Notes: generated by a model from the letters alone, not told the origin. DNA of 35,027 bases from an uncultured Eubacteriaceae bacterium (GCA_947630385.1 CANRHG010000001.1:1-35027); one strand, 5' to 3'; positions 1 through 8,606 are shown, counted from the first letter of the stretch. Numbers and translations: made by a program.

Positions 1-96
1 ACGTAGCTTTTGTTGCAAAGCTTAGGCTAAACTTTCAGCTTGAAGCTGGTTTGAGTCAACTTCAAACTTTGAGTTTTAAGTAGGCTTTATGGTCTC

Positions 97-121
97 AAAA
101 AAAAAGAGCTTCACAGCTCTT
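97..121 (-). terminator. Rho-independent terminator downstream of the 171..632 CDS
   Basis: On the minus strand, a 7-bp stem (AAGAGCT/AGCTCTT, 104-110 and 115-121) with a 4-nt loop is followed by a run of about 9 T (A-run 97-105 on plus). It lies about 50 nt after the stop at 171. Confidence 0.6.
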
Positions 122-170
122 AAATGTTAATTCCAGTTGACCCTCTAAGTTATTAACCGGAAGTTCGAGA

Positions 171-632
171 TTAATCCGAGTTTTGGCCCATCGACTTCAT
201 CTCTTCCCGGTTGTTTTCGATATGTTTAAACAGCTCGTTTAATTCCCTTTGTAAGTTGTGTAAAATGTTATCGGTATATTTTTGAGTTCCGATACGGATC
301 TCTTTTGCGGTGGTTTGAGCGTTTTCTAGAATGGTCTCGGCTTCCTTTGTAGCGGCTCTGGTGATCTCGTTTTCGTCGATCATCATGCGCATCTTCTTTT
401 CGGCTTCGTTTACGAGCGTTTCGGCGTCGTTTTGAGCTTCGATCAAAATTTGCGTTTTGTTCTGAACAATTCTTTGGGCTTCTTCGATTTCGGAAGGCAG
501 TTCCTGTTTGATCTCGTCTAAGATCTCCAGTGCATCCTCAACCGAAACCAAGGACTTGGCTACAAATGGAACGGGGGTAGCTTTTTCTAATAACGCTTCC
601 AATTCTTCTAATAATTCATACGCTTTGTTCAT
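171..632 (-). CDS. Conserved coiled-coil protein of unknown function, the E/K/A-rich 'ATPase subunit b/H-like' type often found next to coaD in Clostridia-like genomes
   Basis: Clean 153-154 aa ORF that overlaps the coaD stop by 17-20 nt. There is an ATG at 632; the track start at 635 is TTG. Its heptad-like charged helical sequence resembles proteins I recall being annotated as ATP synthase b-like, but no catalytic motif is visible. Confidence 0.7.
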   Translation of the reverse strand: MNKAYELLEELEALLEKATPVPFVAKSLVSVEDALEILDEIKQELPSEIEEAQRIVQNKTQILIEAQNDAETLVNEAEKKMRMMIDENEITRAATKEAETILENAQTTAKEIRIGTQKYTDNILHNLQRELNELFKHIENNREEMKSMGQNSD

Positions 633-1107
633 CAACTATTTCCCATATTTTGTCCTCGACTTTCTTAGGGACAAAACCTTTTAAACTCATACCATAAGCA
701 ATCAATTCGCGAACTACGCTTGAACTTATCATAATTTCATCAGAATCGGTTAAAAGAAATAAAGTCTTTATATTTCCAGAAAGCTTTTTATTAATATAAG
801 CCATATCCCGTTCATAGATAAAATCTTCGCTATTACGCAAACCTTTGACGATGATCTCGAGCGAATGCTCGTTCATAAAATCGACCAGGGTCCCCGTACT
901 AATCTGTACGGAAGCGTTGTCTATATCCTCGATCGCGCTTTCGATCAAAATCTTCCGTTGTTCGTAGCTAAAAAGCCCCTTTTTTTGAACGTTCTTCATC
1001 ACGAGCACGATCACCCGGTCAAAAATCTCGGAAGCTTTTTTTATTATATCGACGTGTCCTATAGTAACCGGATCAAAGGAACCCGGAAAAACGACTACAT
1101 TTTTCAT
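616..1107 (-). CDS. coaD: Phosphopantetheine adenylyltransferase
   Basis: N-terminal VFPGSFDPVTIGHVDII (the nucleotidyltransferase T/HxGH motif) and a typical PPAT length of 163 aa. ATGA overlap with rsmD. Confidence 0.95.
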   Translation of the reverse strand: MKNVVVFPGSFDPVTIGHVDIIKKASEIFDRVIVLVMKNVQKKGLFSYEQRKILIESAIEDIDNASVQISTGTLVDFMNEHSLEIIVKGLRNSEDFIYERDMAYINKKLSGNIKTLFLLTDSDEIMISSSVVRELIAYGMSLKGFVPKKVEDKIWEIVDEQSV

Positions 1108-1649
1108 CCAAATATTGTGATTACGGTATTGCCGTACTTTTTTTCTTTGATAAAAGTAAAATCTTTGATACGTTCGATTATTATATCACCTTTATCGTGC
1201 TCTATCATGATAACACCATTTTCAGCTAAGATGTTATTTTGTTTTATATAATCGAGAAGAGGAAAAATAAGGTCAAGTTTTTTATATGGCGGGTCCATGA
1301 AGAAAACGTCGACTTTCCTGCCTTTTAACATCTCAAGTCCCGCCAAGGCCTTACAGTGATAAAGTTTGGCCTCCGCCTCGTACCCTGAAAGCTCAAGATT
1401 CTTCTTTATTATAGAAATACTTTTTTTACTTGAATCAAATAGGTAGACTTCTTTAAAGCCACGGCTTAACGCCTCGATCGCCATCGCGCCGGTTCCGGCA
1501 AAGCAGTCGACGAACACGTCTTGGGTAATACCAAGACTACCCAACATTGAAAAGATGGCCCCTCTGATCTTATCGGTCGTGGGACGGACCGCGTCTCCCT
1601 TTAGGGAGGTCAAGTTAAGCCCCTTTTTATCTCCTGCAATAATTCTCAT
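1104..1649 (-). CDS. rsmD: 16S rRNA (guanine966-N2)-methyltransferase RsmD
   Basis: MRIIAGxxKG...RPTTDKIRGAIFSML N-terminus, SAM-binding FAGTGAMAIEALSRG, a DPPY motif, and the conserved position between recG and coaD. Confidence 0.92.
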   Translation of the reverse strand: MRIIAGDKKGLNLTSLKGDAVRPTTDKIRGAIFSMLGSLGITQDVFVDCFAGTGAMAIEALSRGFKEVYLFDSSKKSISIIKKNLELSGYEAEAKLYHCKALAGLEMLKGRKVDVFFMDPPYKKLDLIFPLLDYIKQNNILAENGVIMIEHDKGDIIIERIKDFTFIKEKKYGNTVITIFG

Positions 1650-3676
1650 CAGTTCATGCTGACCAAAGAAAGTTCTCGGTTGAAATTTGCAATTAAATAA
1701 TCTTTACAGATCATATCTTCTTTACTCGTTGATCTAAAGATCTCGTCGATCATTTCTTTGGTCTTTTTAAAAATCTCCCGGTCCCTGTACGGGTGGATGA
1801 ATTTTACGTTGGAAAAGCCGTGCTGGCGAAACCCGAAGTACTCACCAGGTCCGCGCATCATGAGGTCCTTTTGGGCGATCTTAAAGCCGTCGTGGCAGTT
1901 GACGATGGTTTTCATGCGCTCAAGATTAAGTTCACTTACGTTGTCGGAAACGAGAAAACAGTAGGACTTGATGTCGCTCCGCCCGGTCCTTCCCCTCAGC
2001 TGGTGGAGTTGGCTCAACCCAAAGCGGTCCGCCGATAAGATCACGATCGTAGAGACGTTGGGGATATTGATCCCGACTTCTATAATGGAAGTCGCGACCA
2101 GTACGTCGGTCTCTCCCGACTCGAACTTTTCGATTTCTTCTTCCTTTTGTTGTTGGTCGAGTTTACCGTGAAGCAGGCCTACCTTTAGGCTATCCCCGAA
2201 GTAATCTTTTACCATTTCATAAGTCTCATTTACCGAAGAAACCTCTTTCATCTCTTCGCTCTCTTCGACAAAGGGACAAACGATAAAAGCCTGATGGCCC
2301 TCACTTACCTGCCCTTTTATAAAATCGAGGATTTTGGGGATCTTTTTACTGGTATAAAAGTAGGTGGAAACTTTCTTTCTTCCCTGTGGAAGCTCGTTTA
2401 TCACCGAAAGATCAAGGTCCCCAAAGAGCGTTAGCATCAGGGTTTTGGGGATGGGCGTTGCGCTCATAACCAGCGTGTGGACGTTACCCTTGTTTCCGAA
2501 AAGACCGCGCTGTTTTACCCCGAAGCGGTGTTGTTCGTCGGTGATGACAAGCCCGATATTATAAAAAACCGTACTCTCCTGTATGAGCGCGTGGGTCCCC
2601 ACGACGATGTCGATCTCGCCGCTTTTTAGTTTCTCCCGGATCTCTAAGGCTTCTTTGGGCTTTACCGAGCCCGTAAGTAAAGCGATTTTACAGCCAAAGG
2701 GTTCGAGCAGTTTTTTAAAATTTTCGTAGTGCTGACGGGCTAGGATCTCCGTCGGGGCCATGTAAGCCGTTTGCAGGCCGTTTAGGCTAAAAAGATAAGC
2801 GACGATAACGGCGATGATGGTTTTGCCGCTTCCGACGTCTCCCTCGATCATCCGGTTCATCAGGTGGGAGCCGTTTAAGTCCTTATAGACCTCGTTTAAA
2901 ACTTTTTGTTGGGCACCAGTGAGTTTAAAGGGAAGCGACTTAATCAGTTGATCTACGAGCTCTACGTTTTCGAGTTTGATCTCACTTTCCTGGACTTCGC
3001 TCTTTGACCAGTAAATACCCGTATTTATCCGCAGGGCCTCGTTGTATTTAATCCGCTCGATGGCTTTTTCGAGTCTTTCCTTACTCTCCGGAAAGTGGAT
3101 TTGACGGTAGGCCTCTGTTAGATCCATTAAGTCATAGCGCTCCCTTTGGTAGAGCGGTAAAAAGTCTTTTAACTCACTAAATTCAAGGGCTGTGTGAATA
3201 AATTTTTTTAAAGCCGCTTCCGGAATCCCGTCAAACTTCTTATAGACCGGATCGATCGTAAAAAAATCCTTAGCGTCGTTGCCTTCCGCAAATTTTGGAG
3301 AGTAGAACTTATAACGGCCGTCTTTAAGACTACCCTTAGCGTAGATATAAAAGACTTTATCTTTTAAAAACCTTTTTATCTGGTAGGGTTGGTTAAAAAA
3401 GACGAGATCGGCCTCTGTTCCTTTTTGGTCAAAAACCGGAACGATGAGGACCGAGCGCTTTCTTTCAAGGTAGCGCACTTTCCCCCGCTCCTTAACTTTG
3501 ACCTTGACCGTCAGCTTTTTTTCTAGGCTCTCATCGATAAAACCGGTTACGGTCTTATCCTCGTAGTGGTAAGGAAACGTATTTAACAGGTCCTCGACCG
3601 TTTCTATCCCCGCGTTTTGCAGGCTCTTAAGTCGTTTCGGACCCAAGCCTTTAATTTCGGTTAAATTAAGTGCCAT
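1649..3676 (-). CDS. recG: ATP-dependent DNA helicase RecG
   Basis: 675 aa with an N-terminal wedge/OB region, Walker A GDVGSGKT, DEQHRFG (motif II), SATPIPKT and QLRGRTGR (motif VI). Confidence 0.96.
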   Translation of the reverse strand: MALNLTEIKGLGPKRLKSLQNAGIETVEDLLNTFPYHYEDKTVTGFIDESLEKKLTVKVKVKERGKVRYLERKRSVLIVPVFDQKGTEADLVFFNQPYQIKRFLKDKVFYIYAKGSLKDGRYKFYSPKFAEGNDAKDFFTIDPVYKKFDGIPEAALKKFIHTALEFSELKDFLPLYQRERYDLMDLTEAYRQIHFPESKERLEKAIERIKYNEALRINTGIYWSKSEVQESEIKLENVELVDQLIKSLPFKLTGAQQKVLNEVYKDLNGSHLMNRMIEGDVGSGKTIIAVIVAYLFSLNGLQTAYMAPTEILARQHYENFKKLLEPFGCKIALLTGSVKPKEALEIREKLKSGEIDIVVGTHALIQESTVFYNIGLVITDEQHRFGVKQRGLFGNKGNVHTLVMSATPIPKTLMLTLFGDLDLSVINELPQGRKKVSTYFYTSKKIPKILDFIKGQVSEGHQAFIVCPFVEESEEMKEVSSVNETYEMVKDYFGDSLKVGLLHGKLDQQQKEEEIEKFESGETDVLVATSIIEVGINIPNVSTIVILSADRFGLSQLHQLRGRTGRSDIKSYCFLVSDNVSELNLERMKTIVNCHDGFKIAQKDLMMRGPGEYFGFRQHGFSNVKFIHPYRDREIFKKTKEMIDEIFRSTSKEDMICKDYLIANFNRELSLVSMN

Positions 3677-3679
3677 ACG

Positions 3680-3708
3680 AAAAAAAGCTTTCCACTAAGG
3701 AAAGCTTT
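3680..3708 (-). terminator. Intrinsic-terminator-like hairpin between yloV and recG
   Basis: The minus strand reads TAA-AGCTTTCC-TTAGT-GGAAAGCT-TTTTTTT-CGT-ATG. This is a perfect 10-bp stem (3684-3693/3699-3708), a 5-nt loop and a U-tract, with the recG ATG only 3 nt after the U-tract. Confidence 0.5.
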
Positions 3709-5335
3709 ACTCGATTGAAATAATATAATAATAAAGCGGTTGACCACCGTAAGCTACTTCAAAATCGTAATCGTCAAACTTTTCTTCTAATTTTTTAAGC
3801 AAATGGTCGGCGTCTTTTTCGGTCACGTCGTTCCCGTAATAGAGGGAGACGAAACTGCTCTCGTCGTGGGAAAGCTCCCCGATCAAATCTTCTACGACCG
3901 GATCGACGTGCTTGCCCTGGGCTAGGATCTCACCCTGGCTAATACCGATGATATTGCCCTTTTTGATCTTTTTCCCGTTGATCTTCGTATTTCTGACGGC
4001 GTAAGTTACGTCCGCGCTAATGATGTCTTGCAGCGCGGCATCCATCCGCTCCGTATTGTCGTCAAAACCGTCGTCGGGATTAAAGGCGATCATCGCCGCA
4101 ATGCACTGTGGGATCGTTTTTGAAGGGATCACGTGGATGTCTTTTTCTGAAATCGATTTCGCCTGATCGGCGGCAAGAATAATGTTACCGTTGTTTGGGA
4201 ACAGGAAAATGTGTTCCGCGTTGATCAGTTTGATCTCTTCGAGAAAATCGTGCGTAGACGGGTTCATCGTCTGACCGCCCTGAATGACTTTGGTAATCCC
4301 TAAATTTTCAAATATTTCGGTTATACCGTTTCCGGGCGATACCGCCACAAAACCGTAACGTTTCGGTGGGCCTTCGTCGACGATTTCCGCTTCTTCGACG
4401 TCTCCGAGCATTTCGCGCATGTTGTCCACTTTCATGCTCGATAACGGTCCGATCTCCAGTCCCCTTTCAAAAGCTTTTCCCGGATGATCGGTATGAACGT
4501 GTACCTTTATGATGTCGTCGTCTTTTATAACTAAAGTGCTGTCGCCGATCGTGTTAAGGTATTCTCTAAGAGCGTCTTCATCCGCGTCCTGCGCGTCGCG
4601 GATCAAAAACTCGGTACAGTAACCGAAGGTGATGTCTTCCGGTCTCATGTGAGAGTCATCGACAAAACGGTCTCTGCTTCCTATTTTTAGCTCGATGGGT
4701 GAAGCCAGTTCTTTATCGGTTAAGGCTTTAAAAGCGCCTTCCATGATAAACATGAGGCCTTGTCCACCGGAGTCGACGACGTTGGCTTCTTTTAAGACCG
4801 GAAGCATTTCAGGGGTCGACTGTAGGGCTTTATTTCCGGCTTCAACGATGCCTTCGAAAAATTCCTCGATCGGTTTATCTTCGTAAGCTTCCAGATTGTC
4901 GTTGGCAAACTCAGCCATCTCACGCGCGACGGTTAAAATCGTCCCTTCGGTCGGTTTCATCACGGCTTTATAGGCCGTGTTCGAAGCTTCGAGTAGGCTC
5001 TTGGCTAAGACTTCCTTCGTTACGGCGCTTTCTTCTTTCATGCCGGCCGCGAGACCCCGGAAAAGCTGCGATAAGATGACCCCCGAATTTCCACGGGCTC
5101 CGATAAGCGCGCCACTCGAGATCGTTTTTGCGACCGAATAGATCTGGTCTTTTTCCAGCTGTCCCAAATCACCGACGGCGTTGGTGATCGTCATTGACAT
5201 GTTGGTTCCGGTGTCCCCGTCTGGAACCGGAAAAACGTTAAGTTCGTCTACCTGTTGTTTGTGGAGCTCTAGATTTTTTGCCCCATATTCAAACATTTTG
5301 CGTAACAGTTTTCCATCGATCTTTTCTTTACTCAT
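3707..5335 (-). CDS. yloV: DAK2 domain fusion protein YloV (Dak phosphatase-like plus DegV-like C-terminal domain)
   Basis: 542 aa. The N-terminus has the FPVPDGDTGTNM and GARGNSGVILSQ motifs typical of DAK2/YloV, and the gene follows an Asp23 gene as in B. subtilis yloU-yloV. Confidence 0.9.
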   Translation of the reverse strand: MSKEKIDGKLLRKMFEYGAKNLELHKQQVDELNVFPVPDGDTGTNMSMTITNAVGDLGQLEKDQIYSVAKTISSGALIGARGNSGVILSQLFRGLAAGMKEESAVTKEVLAKSLLEASNTAYKAVMKPTEGTILTVAREMAEFANDNLEAYEDKPIEEFFEGIVEAGNKALQSTPEMLPVLKEANVVDSGGQGLMFIMEGAFKALTDKELASPIELKIGSRDRFVDDSHMRPEDITFGYCTEFLIRDAQDADEDALREYLNTIGDSTLVIKDDDIIKVHVHTDHPGKAFERGLEIGPLSSMKVDNMREMLGDVEEAEIVDEGPPKRYGFVAVSPGNGITEIFENLGITKVIQGGQTMNPSTHDFLEEIKLINAEHIFLFPNNGNIILAADQAKSISEKDIHVIPSKTIPQCIAAMIAFNPDDGFDDNTERMDAALQDIISADVTYAVRNTKINGKKIKKGNIIGISQGEILAQGKHVDPVVEDLIGELSHDESSFVSLYYGNDVTEKDADHLLKKLEEKFDDYDFEVAYGGQPLYYYIISIE

Positions 5336-5342
5336 ATCGAAC

Positions 5343-5690
5343 CTACATCCTTATTCCAACAATATTTACGTCAACTTTATGAACTTTTATTTGGGTCTGT
5401 TGTTCAACCGCGTATTTGATCGCATCTATGATATTTTCGGCTACAACGGAAACTTTGACGGATTGTTCAATAATGACAAAAACGTCAATATCGATCATGT
5501 TACCCGGAACGTTCCGAATAATCACACCATGCGAAGCCAGGCTACCGGTCAAGATCTCTAGGAGCTCTTCTCTTCCGATTGATCTGGACATTCCTACGAC
5601 TCCATAACAGTTCATAACCGTATAACTGACGATATCGGCGATGGCTTTTCTAGAAATATCGATAAATCCTAATTCATTTTCGATTTTCAT
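5343..5690 (-). CDS. yloU: Asp23/Gls24 family envelope stress protein
   Basis: About 115 aa with a typical Asp23 profile (I..IA.......GV.......G........GV.V........I.V.V....G......). The ATG at 5690 is preceded by GGAGAA 5 nt upstream; the track start at 5693 is TTG. Confidence 0.88.
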   Translation of the reverse strand: MKIENELGFIDISRKAIADIVSYTVMNCYGVVGMSRSIGREELLEILTGSLASHGVIIRNVPGNMIDIDVFVIIEQSVKVSVVAENIIDAIKYAVEQQTQIKVHKVDVNIVGIRM

Positions 5691-5719
5691 CAAAATTCTC
5701 CTATTTTGGGGTTAATATA

Positions 5720-5728
5720 ATTCTAACA
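5720..5728 (-). promoter_or_regulatory. Candidate extended -10 (TGtTAGAAT) for the yloU-yloV operon
   Basis: The minus strand reads TGTTAGAAT about 29 nt upstream of the yloU ATG. The -35 is weak. This was matched by eye only. Confidence 0.3.
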
Positions 5729-6311
5729 AAACTTCATAGGGAATGGCTTTTGAAAACGAAAACAAATCCCTATTTCCCCTTTATGTTTTTTTACCCGTAA
5801 TCAAAGACAATCTTTCCTTAAAACTTGATTGAAATAATAATTTTTTACTGTCTCATAACTATAGTTTTTAATCTCCCCTATAGATCTAACGGTATCTTTG
5901 TTTATCAGTGAATCTAGTTTTTAAGACGGAAGATAAGACTTCTACAGAGAATTCCTTTAAACCATTTTTGTCCGGTTACAACTGCTATTAATATAGGTAG
6001 TTTTTCAAAGTTGAAATCGTATCCGTACCCAAAGATGATCAGTTTTAATATATGATTATGGAGTTAAATAAAACCAGTAAGGATAGTATTGTTCTTAAAC
6101 GAGTCCTCTTGTGATTTTGGGACTAAATTACAAACCCCCACAATTTAATTTTAAATTTAATACCTAATAAGGAAAGAATTCTCTTAACTTAAAGATGATA
6201 ATTCTCACTCCTATTCTTTATTAAATAAAAGCAGAGTTTATTCTGTATATTTACGTAGTTTCGGAATTGACGTTATCCATATTCAATTTTTTCTAAGTTA
6301 AGAATTAATGA

Positions 6312-6626
6312 ATGAAAAACGAAATAAGTAAAGTCATTGGCGGCCGAATACGGGAAAAACGGTTGGAAGCGAAGTTGACTCAAGAAAAATTAGCGGAAAA
6401 AATTGATATTGGAGCCAAGTATCTGTCCGATATTGAAACCGGTCGTTCCAATATAAGCATAAAAAAATTGTTTAAGATCGCGGAAGCTTTAAACGAAAAC
6501 CCGGAATATTTCATTTCGGGAAGAAACATCGAAAATAAGGAACTCGAATCTCTATTTTCTAGGCTCAGTTCCAAAAATCAGAAAAATATTATAGAAATCA
6601 TGCGGATTTTAATCAAAAACGACTGA
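6312..6626 (+). CDS. XRE-family helix-turn-helix transcriptional regulator (orphan)
   Basis: 104 aa with the HTH_3 signature IGGRIREKRLEAKLTQEKLAEKIDIGAKYLSDIETGRSNISIKKLFKIAEAL. No obvious SD. Lies in an AT-rich context. Confidence 0.85.
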   Translation: MKNEISKVIGGRIREKRLEAKLTQEKLAEKIDIGAKYLSDIETGRSNISIKKLFKIAEALNENPEYFISGRNIENKELESLFSRLSSKNQKNIIEIMRILIKND

Positions 6627-6634
6627 TCAAAATT

Positions 6635-6690
6635 AAAGCCGAATAAAACTAAGAACAATAATATAGTTTTATTCGGCTTTTATTTATATT
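6635..6690 (+). terminator. Rho-independent terminator after the XRE gene
   Basis: Perfect 16-bp inverted repeat AAAGCCGAATAAAACT (6635-6650) / AGTTTTATTCGGCTTT (6665-6680) with a 14-nt loop, followed by a T-rich tract. Confidence 0.7.
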
Positions 6691-6698
6691 TTTTTCTT

Positions 6699-6741
6699 AT
6701 ACCATAATTTTACTCTTTTATTTTTAGTAAAATTAAGGTAT
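6699..6741. repeat. Second 16-bp inverted repeat (one mismatch) with an 11-nt loop
   Basis: ATACCATAATTTTACT (6699-6714) pairs with AGTAAAATTAAGGTAT (6726-6741). There is no flanking U-tract on either strand, so it is not a canonical terminator. Confidence 0.5.
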
Positions 6742-6825
6742 AATTTTATGGAAAAATCCGTAAATATACGTTACTAAAATAATTTTAGGCTAACTGATTA
6801 AAAACTCAGTTTTACAGTTCTTATC

Positions 6826-6849
6826 CAGGGTATCCTCATAAAAAATCCA
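6826..6849. repeat. Left terminal inverted repeat of the ISAs1 element
   Basis: Direct reverse-complement comparison with 8583-8606. Confidence 0.85.
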
Positions 6850-7076
6850 TAACCGGTAAATGCTGTACCCCAGACAGGGAGATAACAACGTTTCCAGTAA
6901 AAAGGTCTTTGAAAGATTGCTAATAAGGGCCAAGTTTTCCTAAAATCCAGGTTAGAATTAAAACGCCGCCTGCGTTTTTAAATCTAATCCCTAAAAAAGG
7001 GTAGACGATCCCCAGGGGGAATTCGGCGATTTTTTTGACCGGCTCTTGAAAAAAGGCTTCGTTGATGATAGAGTAT

Positions 7077-8492
7077 CTATCTGATTATTTGTTGGGCGAA
7101 CGCCCCAAGCGTTTGCTCTATTTTTTCAACGAATGCCTCTGCTATGAGCGTTTTCAGCCAGACCATCTCTTCTTCACTCATGGGTCCGGAGATCAAAGCT
7201 AGAACTCCAGCTAAGTTTTTAGCGAAGAAAGCGCGCTTGGTATGAGGCGTTTCTTTGTATTTAGGCGCTTTTTCATCGGTCAGGCCTACCGAAAGCAGTA
7301 GATTAAAGACGATCCTGCGTAAAGTGGCCATGTTCAGTCTCAGTTTTTTCCTTCTTAAAGTCGAGCGGTCCTCTCTAAAGACTTCATCCAGGATATAATG
7401 CAGCTTGTTTTCAATGCTCCATTCCTCTCTGACGTAACGGGCGAACTCCACAACGTCTTTCGGAACAAAGTTCATATTGTAGTAGACGATCTGCTCGGTC
7501 TCGACGAAGCGTACTTTATTGGAAGTTAGCGGACGGCTTTTCTTCTTGCTCTTTTTACGACGGTTTTGCCTTCGGGCCTGTTTTTGCTGCGTTTTTCTAC
7601 CGACGTTGGGTTTTAACTGCTTGGTCTTACGGACCACCTTGCCGATGGCTTTGATGTTCGGGTCCGAAAACTCTTTTTGAAATTCCGGCGGGAGCACGAG
7701 CAGGGAATACTTTCGGTATTCTTCCCGAAAATGCCCACTTTCCAGTTCGGTGCTCGTCGTGTAGGCTCCGTCTCCAAAGGTATCGTGGATTTTTACGTTT
7801 TCGGGAAAGTAGAACCTACGGTTCTTTTTAAAGTAGTCTATCTCTTCGGCTTCATCAAAAAGGGCCTTGGCCTTTCTTTCCATCGTTTTGTTGTTGCCTT
7901 TGAGCGGAAAGACGTAGCGGTTTCCGGTTTTATGGAGAAGATCTCTGATGGGCCGGGTGTTTAGGGCGGCGTCCCCGGTGAAGGTCCGGTTCGTTCGTCC
8001 GATCAACTTTATCAGATCGATCGCTTTGGTCTTTTCGGACTCCTTGGAACCGACGTAAACGGCTCCGATGCATTTTTTTGTGACTCCGTTTTGGGCATTT
8101 AGGATGTAAGGAGTCACGCCGCCTTCTTTTTCCGTACTTGCGCTCGCGTTGAGGCCCTTGCCGTCGAGGATGATGAATTCTTCGTCCGGGTCTTCGTCGT
8201 CCAAAAACCGGCTCAGAGCTTTGGGATCGACTTCCTCTAGTCTTCGGCGCATGGTATCGTCGCTTGGAATGGCCTCTATTCCCAAAAATTCGGTGATGGC
8301 TTTTTCATCCATCTTTAAAGTTCGCTCGATGTTGCAAAAATCGTTCTCGTTTCGGAGTAATCCAATCGTAGTTAAGCAAAGGATATCGCTAAGACCATAG
8401 TGTTTTCCGCGGTTGTCCGCTGTATCTTCCAGGGGCCCTACTTTTTCTTTGAAAGATCCAATGACTTCCGGCTCAAGAATTTTTAGTTCCAT
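7077..8492 (-). CDS. ISAs1-family DDE transposase (H-repeat-associated protein type)
   Basis: Family-typical blocks are present: GKHYGLSDILCLTTIGLL, IPSDDTMRRRLEEVDP, ILDGKG (D), FTGDAALNT (D), YVFPLKGNNKT, and EEWSIENKLHYILDEVFREDRS (E). The probable start is the ATG at 8492 (MELKIL...); the track start at 8558 is TTG. It contains an unusual K/R/Q-rich insertion (KTKQLKPNVGRKTQQKQARRQNRRKKSKKKSRPL). Confidence 0.88.
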   Translation of the reverse strand: MELKILEPEVIGSFKEKVGPLEDTADNRGKHYGLSDILCLTTIGLLRNENDFCNIERTLKMDEKAITEFLGIEAIPSDDTMRRRLEEVDPKALSRFLDDEDPDEEFIILDGKGLNASASTEKEGGVTPYILNAQNGVTKKCIGAVYVGSKESEKTKAIDLIKLIGRTNRTFTGDAALNTRPIRDLLHKTGNRYVFPLKGNNKTMERKAKALFDEAEEIDYFKKNRRFYFPENVKIHDTFGDGAYTTSTELESGHFREEYRKYSLLVLPPEFQKEFSDPNIKAIGKVVRKTKQLKPNVGRKTQQKQARRQNRRKKSKKKSRPLTSNKVRFVETEQIVYYNMNFVPKDVVEFARYVREEWSIENKLHYILDEVFREDRSTLRRKKLRLNMATLRRIVFNLLLSVGLTDEKAPKYKETPHTKRAFFAKNLAGVLALISGPMSEEEMVWLKTLIAEAFVEKIEQTLGAFAQQIIR

Positions 8493-8582
8493 TGTTAGGA
8501 CCGTCTTTCTAGAACTAGCGTTTTTCGATAGCCTAACAATTCTTAAAGCCGAAAGCAATATGCGACGTCTTCTTTTGCTCTA

Positions 8583-8606
8583 GGGATTTTTTATGAGGAT
8601 GCCCTG
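8583..8606. repeat. Right terminal inverted repeat of the ISAs1 element
   Basis: Reverse complement of 6826-6849 with one internal mismatch. Confidence 0.85.

Larger units (their letters stand above)
6826..8606 (-). mobile_element. ISAs1-family insertion sequence, complete with terminal inverted repeats (~1.78 kb)
   Basis: One DDE transposase ORF is bounded by inverted repeats CAGGGTATCCTCATAAAAAATCC (6826-6848) and the reverse complement of 8584-8606, CAGGGCATCCTCATAAAAAATCC (22/23 identical). As far as I recall, CAGGG termini are the ISAs1 family hallmark. No matching 8-bp direct repeat flanks it (TTCTTATC versus CAGCCACG). Confidence 0.85.

Noticed and set aside
1-81. Plus-strand frame open from the window edge to a stop at 79-81 (VAFVAKLRLNFQLEAGLSQLQTLSFK*), possibly the 3' end of a convergent upstream gene. 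Small hairpins also occur at 6-23 and 37-49.
   Set aside because: Only 26 codons are visible, with no recognisable motif. It cannot be supported from this window.
6784-6795. The 12-mer TTTAGGCTAACT occurs at 6784-6795 and again at 26560-26571, with a related TTAGGCTAA near 22-30. I considered it a possible dispersed repeat or att-like site at the edges of the accessory regions.
   Set aside because: Identity does not extend beyond 12 nt. Exact 12-mer coincidences are expected many times by chance in a 35-kb, two-strand comparison of AT-rich DNA.
6920-7075. Start-less minus-strand reading frame inside the IS downstream of the transposase stop (...IINEAFFQEPVKKIAEFPLGIVYPFLGIRFKNAGGVLILTWILGKLGPY*). 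It looks protein-like.
   Set aside because: It has no start codon and is only about 55 codons bounded by stops. It lies inside the IS boundaries defined by the inverted repeats. I cannot tell a gene remnant from chance without a database search.
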